A stretch of DNA of 64,000 nucleotides, taken from contig NIVC01002627.1 of NCBI GenBank assembly GCA_002269645.1, positions 1 to 64,000 on the forward strand, written 5' to 3'. Shown in pieces: positions 53,144 through 64,000 of the stretch; position 1 is the stretch's first letter, and each line of letters opens with the position of its first letter. Under the pieces are notes generated by a model. The model worked only from the letters and a program-made list of their open reading frames with translations, did no database searches and was not told where the DNA came from. Origin of the DNA: Macrostomum lignano (taxonomy: Eukaryota). Both the position numbers and the translations under genes were made by a program.

Positions 53144-53819
53144 TTCTAGAAAAATTAATTTTTGATTTTCTTTGAATCTTTTTTTCTGTCGAATGTACTG
53201 CGCCTACTGATAGTAGGCTTGTTGCGAGTTTTTTGTGCTTTTCTGTTTCATTTTAATTTAGGGCACTCGTTGACTGAACTGTGGATTCTCTAAATAGGAT
53301 TTTCGTGTAAACATTCGGGACTTGGATGCTGGGATCAATGCGGGACTTTAATGCGAAGATTCCAGACTCATTCGGGACTTTGATGTGAAAAACCCAGACT
53401 CATTCGGGTGTGAAGATTTACTGATTGGTGTTCGCATGCTCAGGTGCCCAATTTCAATCGTAGATCCGTCTTGTGCGTGCTTGCTTGTTCCCAATAAGTA
53501 GCCCTACAAACGCATTGAACAGTCATTCATTGCTTACTGGAGCCCGATTAAGATTCTATGTTTATTCAAATGAAAATAAAATTTACGACAGACAGTTGAC
53601 TTTGCGCAAGGTTGCGGTCATTGGTTCGAGTCATGTTGTGCAACAGATTTCTGTTCGAAAAGTCTGCTGCGATTGCAAAAAAACTTGAACTTTGCGCATT
53701 AATTGGCTTGCTTATTTTGAAAAAAGTTGTACAAATTAATGACAATTAAAGGTTATGCTAGTTTATACGCTTCTGGTATGACGTTTTCGGTTAAAGGAAT
53801 GAGATTGTCTTTTTTAAGA

Positions 53820-54375
53820 AATGAGATTGTCGGTTTCAGGATTGAGATTGTCGGTTAAAGGACTGGGATTGTCGATTTAAGGACTGGGATTGTCGGTTTA
53901 AGGACTGAGATTGTCGGTCCAAGGATTGAGATTGTCGGTTTAAGGACTGAGATTGTCAGTTTAAGAATTGAGATTGTCGGTGTAAGGACAGATTGTTGGT
54001 TATAAGATTGAAATTGTCGGTTTAATGATTGAAATTGTCGGTTTAAGGATTGAGATTGTCGGTTTAAGGATTGAGATTGTCGGTTTAAGGATTGAAATTG
54101 TCGGTTTAAGGATTGAGATTGTCGGTTTAAGGATTGAGATTGTCGGTTTAAGGATTGAGATTGTCGGTTTAAGGAATGGGATTGTCGGTTTAAGAATAGA
54201 GATTGTCGGTTTAAGGAATGAGATTGTCGGTTTAAGAATTGAGATTATCGGTCCAAGGACTGAGATTATCGGTTCAAAGATTGAGATTATCGGTCCAAGG
54301 ATTGAGATTGTCGGTTTAAGGACTGGAGTAAGTTTAATGGCAGATTGTCGGTTTAAGGCATGAGATTGTCAGTAA
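53820..54375. repeat. 21-bp array
   Basis: GATTGAGATTGTCGGTTTAAG. Confidence 0.93.
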
Positions 54376-54856
54376 AAATATCATTGAGATCCCCAGTCTA
54401 GGCATGAGATTCTCAGTTTATTGCAATACGATATCAGTTACGAGATGCCACGGCAGTGACACTAGAATGCCGCGTGTACTTTTGCCGCAGTACCGCCTGC
54501 ATGCGTGTTTGGCGGCTTTTCGGGCAGCCAGCTGAGTCGTGGATTTCTGGCGCACTAGAAAACAAATAAATTCATCCTCTATGGCACAAACCGCGGTGCT
54601 TCTCTCGACTTTTCTTTCTGTATTGGCTCGGATTCTGTTGCCAACACGGGAAAGCGTCAGACCCAGCGCTGCAGCTCTGTGGCCCGCCAGCACCCCAGCT
54701 ACAAAGTGAGAAGTGCAGCAGAAGCAGCAGATTTAGCAGTTATAAGGATCCCCCTGCCCCCTCCTGCTCCCTGACTGTCGGCTGGAGTCTCTCCTGTCGC
54801 TGCAAGAACTCCGCAGGCTTTCAGACTCTTGTTCTTCATCTGAAAAAAATAGCGAC

Positions 54857-56189
54857 ATGCTAGCCTCTGTCGACGGCGACGACGACAGCTGTGGCAGCGG
54901 CAACAAGGACCCGACGGGCGCGGCCAGTCAGCAGCTGCACTGCCTGCCGGTGGCCGGAGCCACGGACACGGCTGGAAACGAGTTCGGCAAGCTCTTCATC
55001 GGCGGGCTCAGTCAGCTGACTAACGAGACCAGCCTGCGCTGCCACTTCGGCATGTACGGCCAGGTGGAGGACGCCGTGGTGATGATGGACAGCCAGACTG
55101 GTCGGTCGCGCGGTTTCGGCTTTGTGAAATTCCGCGACCCCGCCGTAGTGGACGCCGTGCTGGAGACCAGCGATCACGTGATCGACGGCAAGGCCGTGGA
55201 CGTGAAGCAGAGCAACATCAACGTCAAAGGAAAGAGCAGCCGCAGTCTTAAGATCTTTGTCGGCGGCATCGCTCCGGAGCACGACTCCGCTACGGTAGGG
55301 CGCGCATTCAAACTCAAATTTTCTGCGAAATCACTGTCACATGGGTCGTAGACTCCCCCGATTGCAGAGGGGTGCTGGCGCCCCTGGTGCTGGCGCCCCT
55401 GGTGCTGGCGCCCCTGGTGCTGGCGCCCCTGGTGCTGGCGCCCCTGGTGCTGGCGCCCCTGGTGCTGGCGCCCCTGGTGCTGGCGCCCCTGGTGCTGGCG
55501 CCCCTGGTGCTGGCGCCCCTGGTGCTGGCGCCCCTGGTGCTGGCGCCCCTGGTGCTGGCGCCCCTGGTGCTGGCGCCCCTGGTGCTGGCGCCCCTGGTGC
55601 TGGCGCCCCTGGTGCTGGCGCCCCTGGTGCTGGCGCCCCTGGTGCTGGCGCCCCTGGTGCTGGCGCCCCTGGTGCTGGCGCCCCTGGTGCTGGCGCCCCT
55701 GGTGCTGGCGCCCCTGGTGCTGGCGCCCCTGGTGCTGGCGCCCCTGGTGCTGGCGCCCCTGGTGCTGGCGCCCCTGGTGCTGGCGCCCCTGGTGCTGGCG
55801 CCCCTGGTGCTGGCGCCCCTGGTGCTGGCGCCCCTGGTGCTGGCGCCCCTGGTGCTGGCGCCCCTGGTGCTTGCCTGTTAATAAGCCAGTTAAAACTGAC
55901 CTACCCGCAGGTGCGCGCCTGTTTCTCCCAGTTCGGCCGGGTGACGGACGTCAACCTCATGCTGGACCAGACCAAGCAACGGCACCGCGGCTTCGCCTTT
56001 GTCGCCTTCGACGACGAGCGCGTGGTAGCCCGGCTGGTGCAGCTGCACTACGTCGACATCTGTGGCCGACTAGTCGAAGTCAAAGCCATGAAGCCGCCAA
56101 ACTTCGACACCGCCGCTGCTGCCGCTCGAGGCCAAGCGTCGGCCGCTGCGGCGGCTGCTGCAGCGGCTGCAGCGGCCACCTCTCAGTAC

Positions 56190-56220
<31 letters not shown>

Positions 56221-56333
56221 TCTACCAAGCTGCGCAGCCCTATCACTTGATGCAGCCGCACCAGCTGCTGCCGCCACCGCCGCCGCCGCCCCTTCAACCG
56301 TCTCTGCCGCCGTTGCACCATCTGCTGCATCCT

Positions 56334-56364
<31 letters not shown>

Positions 56365-56479
56365 TGCCGCCAATGCCGGCTCATATCGCCTACCCGGCAA
56401 CTGCTTGGCAACCGGCTATGCCGTGCGATCCTAGCGCCGGTCAGGGAGCCGGAGTCTGCACTTTGGCCTATTATCCTGG

Positions 56480-56519
<40 letters not shown>

Positions 56520-57005
56520 CAACAGCTGCTGGACGGCGGTTTCTGCACCGCGCCCTGGGGCACCCAACAGCCGCCATGGCTGCCGCAGGCGCTGGTCGCC
56601 TGGCCCAGTCTGGCGCCACCTCCGCCGCTGCCGCCTCCGCCTCCGCCGCCACCACCGCCGCCGCCTCCTGCGGCCTACCTTCAGCCAATCGGCGGCGGCG
56701 GTGGCGGTGGTGGAGGCGGCGGCCAGTCTCCTCAGCAGCCGCAGTCTCAGCATCATCATCATCAGGCTCAGTCCTCATCATCATCTGCATTTATTGTTGC
56801 CGGGCAGGACGATTGCAGCTCAGCTTATGCCAGCTGGCTAAGTCAGGCCGCAGCTGGAGACTTTGATAGGCGGGACAGCGGCAAGCAGACTCAGCAGGGA
56901 GCTTCGGCACAACAGCAGGCAGTATCCGCTTCATCGCAGCCTCAGCCTCCACCTCAGCAGCCGCAGCAGCAGGGAGCCAGCTTCGCTGCTGTTCGAGAAC
57001 TTTAA
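54857..57005 (+). CDS. DAZAP1: Two-RRM RNA-binding protein of the DAZAP1/Hrp48/Musashi group with Q/P/A-rich tail; exons 54857-55294, 55911-57005
   Basis: RRM1 has GKLFIGGLS..GRSRGFGFVKF and RRM2 has KIFVGGI..|VRACFSQFGRVTDV..QRHRGFAFVAF..VEVK. The junction ACG|gtaggg..cgcag|GTG is phase 0. The subfamily is not certain. Confidence 0.8.
55371..55870. repeat. Perfect 15-bp array x 33 in the RRM-gene intron
   Basis: (GGTGCTGGCGCCCCT)n with no variant unit seen. Confidence 0.97.
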
Positions 57006-57674
57006 TCCTTTTTTTATAAAAAAAGACAGAAACCAGCGGAGCTTTTTTGTTGGGAAATTTTTCTTTTATTCATAATTCCTTTCTGATTCATTTTCGGCCT
57101 TTTCATTATTAGTAAGGTTTGCTTGAGTTCTGGCAACCTTCTGCCCTGCTGTGGGAGCCGTGTTTGTGAGTTACTAACACGGGATTAATACCTGTAACTA
57201 ATATTAACACACCTGCATGCTTACCTGTGTGCCACACGAACAAGCTAAACTTTCCATCTAATTATTTTCCCCACCCGCTTGGCAACTCGCGCGAGCAAAA
57301 AAACGACACCTTATTTTACATTTACTTTTCCCCTACTCAGTTTAATAAGCTGTAACGCATCATTAACTGCAGTGCCAACCTGTTGTTTGGTTTTTAAAAC
57401 TATAAATATAGACTTTGAGACAAACAGAAGCGCAGACCTGTCATACTCTAGAGGAACTGTATTGTCAGCTATTAAAGCAGTAATCAGTCCGTGATTTGCT
57501 TATTTATTTGATCTATCAATTAGTCATTTAGTCTAGATTTCTAATGAGGAATAATAGTTTGCGAGAATACTTTGTTAATTTGGTCTGATAAGTTCAGGGA
57601 ACAATTAAGGTTAAATTCAGTTGTGAAAGTCTCAATAGCATCAGTATTTTTTATCACATTAGGTGTCGGGTGTC

Positions 57675-58430
57675 AGTGAGGCGCCAAAAGAGTCAGTGAG
57701 GTGCCAAGAGAGTCAGTGAGGCGCCAAAAGAGTCAGTGAGGTGCCAAGAGAGTCAGTGAGGCGCCAAGAGAGTCAGTGAGGCGCTAAAAGAGTCAGTGAG
57801 GCACCAAGAGAGTCAGTGAGGCGCCAAGAGAGTCAGTCAGTGAGGCGCCAAGATAGTCAGTGAGGCGTCCCAAGAGAGTCAGTCAGGCACTAAGAGTGTT
57901 GATGAGGCGCCAAGAGAGTCAGTCAGGCACTAAGAGTGTTGATGAGGCGCCAAGAGAGTCAGTCAGGCACTAAGAGTGTTGATGAGGCGCCAAAGGAGTC
58001 AGTGAGGCGCAAAGAGAGTCAGTGAGGCGCCAAAGGAGTTAGTGAGGCGCCAAAGGAGTTAGTGAGGCGCCAAAGGAGTTAGTGAGGCGCCAAAGGAGTC
58101 AGTGAGGCGCCCCAAGAGAGTCAGTCAGGCACTAAGAGTGTTGATGAGGCGCCAAGAGAGTCAGTCAGGCACTAAGAGTGTTGATGAGGCGCCAAGAGAG
58201 TCAGTCAGGCACTAAGAGTGTTGATGAGGCGCCAAAGGAGTCAGTGAGGCGCAAAGAGAGTCAGTGAGGCGCCAAAGGAGTTAGTGAGGCGCCAAAGGAG
58301 TTAGTGAGGCGCCAAAGGAGTTAGTGAGGCGCCAAAGGAGTCAGTGAGGCGCCAAGAGAGTCAGTGAGGCGCCAAGAGAGTCAGTGAGGCGCAAAGAGAG
58401 TCAGTGAGGCGCCAAGAGACTCAGTAAGCA
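57675..58430. repeat. 20-bp GGCGCC-core array
   Basis: CAGTGAGGCGCCAAGAGAGT. Confidence 0.93.
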
Positions 58431-59299
58431 AGACAGTCTCGACAACTCTCAGTGAGTCGAGAGTTTTGATAAATTGCTCTGGCTATTGCAGCAATATTAC
58501 GGAGGAATATTCTGGTATTCTATGGCTTATAATCAGCAAACAACGCTACTATTGAGTAGGTAAATGCAGTTGTGACTTACAGTAAAAATTTTGTGACTAA
58601 TTTTTGTCGAAGTGACGCAGTCAAATGAGCTATTTTTTGGTTGAGGAGTTTAAGATTGTGAGTGAGTTTATGGTGAGTTTATTGTGAATTTATGAGCTAG
58701 TTTATAAGGTATCAAATAAATATTAGAAATCACGCTATAAATATAAATGCATTCAAAAATAACAACCAATTTGGGGTTTCGTCTGATATCACTGTTGCGT
58801 TAACCATCATTTGAAAAGACAATGCACGATTATGGGTTAAGAACTGGCATAGTAACTAAATTACACCAATCCTACCGCAAACCTGGATTGAAATCATCAT
58901 AAAACTTGGAAATAAGTATCATTGTTAGTTGCTATGATGTCTAAAATGTCATCTGGATCATGAGCTGGTCCAAGGAAGTTTTTGGGGCTTAAAGAGGCTT
59001 ATAATGTATACCGCCCTTTTGCCTGTCTTGGTAATTATATATACTATCTAGGTCTAGGCTTTCTAATAGTTAGTTACTAGGCAATTGGCATCTTTGATGT
59101 TTGACAGGCAGCTGGTGTGCTGTATTTTTGTATCTCCCCTTCTTCATCCCAGTCGCTAAGGCGCTTTCTTAAGTGCACTGTCTGCCTTTCTGGGAAATGC
59201 TTGTTAAGTCCAGTAAACTTTTGTGTATATATGTAATGCATGCAAATTCTAACATATCAGAGTTCTATGTTGTCACTGCTGCAGAATATTATCACCTCG

Positions 59300-59920
59300 A
59301 TCCCTTCATCTCTCTACTCTGTCTTTTCCTTCTTCCCTTCCTGTCCTCTCCTCTCCCTTCATCTCTCTGTCCTCTTCTCTCCCTTCATCTCTCTGTCCTA
59401 TCATCTCCCTTCATCTCTCTGTCCTCTCCTCTCCCTTCATCTCTCTGTCCTCTTCTCTCCCTTCATTTCTCTGTCCTATCATCTCCCTTCATCTCTCTGT
59501 CCTCTCATCTCTCTTCATCTCTCTGTCCTCTCATCTCCCCTCATCTCTCTGTCCTCTCTTCTTCCTTCATCTTTCTGTCCTCTCATCTCCCCTCATTTCT
59601 CTGTCCTCTCATCTCCCTTCATCTCTCTGTTCTCTCATCTCCCTTCATCTCTCTGTCCTCTCTTCTTCCTTCATCTTTCTGTCCTCTCATCTCCCCTCAT
59701 TTCTCTGTCCTCTCATCTCTCTTCATCTCTCTGTCCTCTCATCTCCCTTCATCTCTCTGTCCTCTCATCTCCCTTCATCTCTCTGTCCTCTCTTATTCCT
59801 TCATCTTTCTGTCCTCTCCTCTTCATTCATCTCTCTGTCCTCTCATCTCCCTTCATCTCTCTGTCCTCTCCCTTCATCTCTCTGTCCTCTCCCTTCATCT
59901 CTTTATCCTCTCTTCACTTT
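59300..59920. repeat. Homopyrimidine ~26-bp array
   Basis: CTCTGTCCTCTCATCTCCCTTCATCT. Confidence 0.9.
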
Positions 59921-60269
59921 CATCATAGGTTTACTCTTCCAGCCTTTCATCTCTCCCTGATCTGTCCAAAAGATTCCACGCAACAACAGAAGACCAGATC
60001 AAAGTTAACCAGATTGATTATTTGGTCTAAAGGTAAGCGGGAAGTGATTCTACAGATGTGGAAATTAATTTTACCATTGTTAAAGTGTCGGGCACAAATA
60101 CAATGTAACCAACCATATTTTACAATCCCTTCATTCCTCCCTCATCAATCAAATTTTGCCCAAAATCATGCCTTCGTTTCCAATTCAATGGCCCCAGCTT
60201 GCCACTCGGTAACTAACTGGATGAAATAAAACTTCATCCGTGGGAATGATAGGGAAATTGTGGCTGTGG

Positions 60270-61040
60270 CGCTTAAATCTTTGAATTTGAGGCGCTTAAA
60301 TTTTGATTGTGGCGCTTAAATCTTTGAATTTGGGGCGCTTAAATTTTGATTGTGACGCTTAAATCTTTGAATTTGGGGCGCTTAAATTTTGATTGTGGCG
60401 CTTAAATCTTTGAATTTGGGGCGCTTAAATTTTGATTGTGGCGCTTAAATCTTTGAATTTGGGGCGCTTAAATCTTTGAATTTGGGGCGCTTAAATTTTG
60501 ATTGTGGCGCTTAAATCTTTGAATTTGGGGCGCTTAAATTTTGATTGTGGCGCTTAAATCTTTGATTGTGGTGCTTAAATCTTTGATTGTGGTGCTTAAA
60601 TCTTTGATTGTGGCGCTTAAATCTTTGTTTGTGGCGCTTAAATCTTTGTTTGTGGCGCTTAAATCTTTGTTTGTGGCGCTTAAATCTTTGATTGTGGCGC
60701 GTAAATCTTTGATTGTGGCGCTTAAATCTTTGTTTGTGGCGCTTAAATCTTTGTTTTTGGCGCTTAAATCTTTGTTTGTGGCGCTTAAATCTTTGTTTGT
60801 GGCGCTTAAATCTTTGATTGTGGCGCTTAAATCTTTGTTTGTGGCGCTTAAATCTTTGTTTGTGGCGCTTAAATCTTTGTTTGTGGCGCTTAAATCTTTG
60901 ATTGTGGCGCGTAAATCTTTGATTGTGGCGCTTAAATCTTTGTTTGTGGCGCTTAAATCTTTGTTTGTGGCGCTTAAATCTTTGTTTGTGGCGCTTAAAT
61001 CTTTGTTTGTGGCGCTTAAATCTTTTACTGTGGCGCTTAA
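60270..61040. repeat. 21-bp array
   Basis: TGTGGCGCTTAAATCTTTG(A/T)T. Confidence 0.94.
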
Positions 61041-61084
61041 GAGGCCAGATAAAAAATTCAACTTATGGCTGCAAGCAAATTGAG

Positions 61085-61395
61085 AGGAAATGAGAGATGA
61101 GGGAAGAGATGCAGAGAAGGGAGAGGGGAGAGAAGAGAGAAAAGTGAGAGGAGAGGGGAGGGAGAAAAGATGAGATGAGATGAGTGAGAGAAGATGTAAG
61201 ATAGAAGATTGAGAAGATTGAGAAGAGGAGAGAGAGATGAAAGATAAAATTAGAAATCAGATGAGATGTCAAATGAGATGGGAAGAGAGATGGGATGAGA
61301 GTTTGAATAAGAGAGAAGATAAGAATATAGAAAGGCTGAGAATAGATGATAGCGATGAGAGGAGATGAAAGAGGAGATGAGATGAAACAAGAGAT
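61085..61395. repeat. GA-rich low-complexity tract
   Basis: Read directly. Confidence 0.8.
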
Positions 61396-61849
61396 CTTAG
61401 AAGAGACAGAACCCAGCGCGGGCCTTACTGCCAAGTTTACCTTACCTGCAAGGTAAAATTTCACAATTCAAATGTGCAAGCAGTGACTCATCTGAGTTCG
61501 TCTCAGTAACAAACATTCGATACCACCCATACGTATTTTATATTTACTATTTATTAATCTCTGAGGAACTTTAAATGCATGGGGTGACCCCCTGCACACC
61601 TGCGTTTGGCACTTTGATAATTAGGTGATGGTTGGTTCTGCAATTGTCGTTGCTATATTTTATTTCGTCACCCAATTTCTATATTATTTAATACGCTTGA
61701 ATAAAGTTGAAATTCTGAATTCGAAAATTGTTGTTTTGGGATCGTTATCGCCAAGACCACTTGGTTTGGAACGTAAGTTGTAATCAGGGGCTGGTAAACC
61801 TAAGCGAACTTTACCAGGTAGAAATCTAGATCCTGACGGCCCATGTATT

Positions 61850-64000
61850 AGGCGCCAAAATCAGTGTCTAGGCGCCAAAATCAGTGTCTAGGCACCAAAA
61901 TCAGTGTCTAGGCGCCAAAATCAGTGTCTAGGCGCCAAAATCAGTGTCTAGGCGCCAAAATCAGTGTCTAGGCGCCAAAATCAGTGTCTAGGCGCCAAAA
62001 TCAGTGTCTAGGCGCCAAAATCAGTGTCTAGGCGCCAAAATGGATATCTGGGAGCCAAAATGGTTGTGTAGACGCCAAAATAGTTGTACGAGCTATAGGC
62101 GCCAAAATGATTTTCTAGGCGCCAAAATGGTTGTCTAGGCACCAAAATGGTTTTCTAGAAACCAAAATGATTGTCTAGGCGCCAAAATGATTTTCTAGAC
62201 GCCAAAATGATTGTCTAGTCGCCAAAATGATTTTCTAGACGCCAAAATGGTTGCCTAGGCGCCAAAATGGTTTTCTAGACGCCAAAATGATTGTCTAGTC
62301 GCCAAAATGATTTTCTAGACGCCAAAATGGTTGCCTAGGCGCCAAAATGGTTTTCTAGACGCCAAAATGGTTTTCTAGACGCCAAAATGGTTGCCTAGGC
62401 GCCAAAATGGTTGTCTAGGCACCAAAATGGTTTTCTAGAAACCAAAATGATTGTCTAAGCGCCAAAATGATTTTCTAGACGCCAAAATGGTTGCCTAGGC
62501 GCCAAAATGGTTTTCTAGACGCCAAAATGATTGTCTAGTCGCCAAAATGATTTTCTAGACGCCAAAATGATTGTCTAAGCGCCAAAATGATTTTCTAGAC
62601 GCCAAAATGATTGTCTAGTCGCCAAAATGATTTTCTAGACGCCAAAATGGTTGCCTAGGCGCCAAAATGGTTTTCTAGACGCCAAAATGGTTGCCTAGGC
62701 GCCAAAATGGTTGTCTAGGCACCAAAATGGTTTTCTAGAAACCAAAATGATTGTCTAGGCGCCAAAATGATTTTCTAGACGCCAAAATGATTGTTTAGTC
62801 GCCAAAATGATTGTCTAGTCGCCAAAATGGTTGTCTAGGCGCCAAAACGATTTTCTAGGCGCCAAAATGGTTTTCTAGACGCCAAAATAATTGTCTAGTC
62901 GCCAAAATGATTTTCTAGACGCCAAAATGGTTGCCTAGGCGCCAAAATGGTTTTCTAGACGCCAAAATGGTTTCCTAGACGCCAAAATGGTTGCCTAGGC
63001 GCCAAAATGGTTGTCTAGGCACCAAAATGGTTTTCTAGAAACCAAAATGATTGTCTAGGCGCCAAAATGATTTTCTAGACGCCAAAATGATTGTCTAGTC
63101 GCCAAAATGATTGTCTAGTCGCCAAAATGGTTGTCTAGGCGCCAAAACGATTTTCTAGGCGCCAAAATGGTTATTTGTGAGCCAAAATGGTTTTCTAGAA
63201 ACTAAAATGATTTTCTAGGCGCCAAAATGATTGTCTAGGCGCCAAAATGGTTGTCTAGGCGCCAAAATGATTTTCTAGGCGCCAAAACGATTTTCTAGGC
63301 GCCAAAATGGTTATTTGTGAGCCAAAATGGTTGCCTAGGCGCCAAAATGGTGTTCTAGACGCCAAAATGGTTTTCTAGACGCCAAAATGATTGTCTAGTC
63401 GCCAAAATGATTTTCTAGACGCCAAAATGGTTGCCTAGGCGCCAAAATGGTTTTCTAGACGCCAAAATGGTTTTCTAGACGCCAAAATGGTTGCCTAGGC
63501 GCCAAAATGGTTGTCTAGGCACCAAAATGGTTTTCTAGAAACCAAAATGATTGTCTAAGCGCCAAAATGGTTTTCTAGACGCCAAAATGGTTGCCTAGGC
63601 GCCAAAATGGTTGTCTAGGCACCAAAATGGTTTTCTAGAAACCAAAATGATTGTCTAAGCGCCGAAATGATTTTCTAGACGCCAAAATGGTTGCCTAGGC
63701 GCCAAAATGGTTTTCTAGACGCCAAAATGATTGTCTAGTCGCCAAAATGATTTTCTAGACGCCAAAATGATTGTCTAAGCGCCAAAATGATTTTCTAGAC
63801 GCCAAAATGATTGTCTAGTCGCCAAAATGATTTTCTAGACGCCAAAATGGTTGCCTAGGCGCCAAAATGGTTTTCTAGACGCCAAAATGGTTGCCTAGGC
63901 GCCAAAATGGTTGTCTAGGCACCAAAATGGTTTTCTAGAAACCAAAATGATTGTCTAGGCGCCAAAATGATTTTCTAGACGCCAAAATGATTGTCTAGTC
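61850..64000. repeat. 20-bp array running off the window end
   Basis: GGCGCCAAAATGGTTGTCTA and variants; homogeneous GGCGCCAAAATCAGTGTCTA at the start. Confidence 0.96.

Overview
Eukaryotic (metazoan) genomic DNA. It is very rich in minisatellites, and its spliced genes are rich in polyQ/polyA. This style suggests a free-living flatworm such as Macrostomum, but that is inference and cannot be confirmed from the window. The first ~8.8 kb is the right-hand part of an endogenous Maverick/Polinton-type (adintovirus-like) dsDNA virus. It carries the C-terminal part of a protein-primed DNA polymerase B, an adenain-like protease, a membrane-hairpin protein, a coiled-coil protein, an A32/FtsK packaging ATPase, two further conserved-looking ORFs, a probable double-jelly-roll major capsid protein, a penton-like minor capsid protein, an orphan ORF and subterminal repeats. 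The element is cut by the left window edge, so the integrase and left TIR are not visible. Its genes in 1-2.7 kb are broken only by 1-bp indels, while 2.7-8.2 kb is intact. Its probable terminus lies ~75 bp from a host splice acceptor. The host part holds two unidentified polyQ coiled-coil genes, PPP6R/SAPS, a CD20/MS4A-like membrane protein, SIL1, LIX1, SRP19 and a DAZAP1/Musashi-like two-RRM gene. It also holds a C>T-hypermutated mariner, an unclassified TIR element, two tRNA-derived SINE variants and about 28 distinct tandem arrays. Twelve of the 14 predicted introns contain their own array. Splice models and counts were made by hand and need RNA-seq or computational confirmation.
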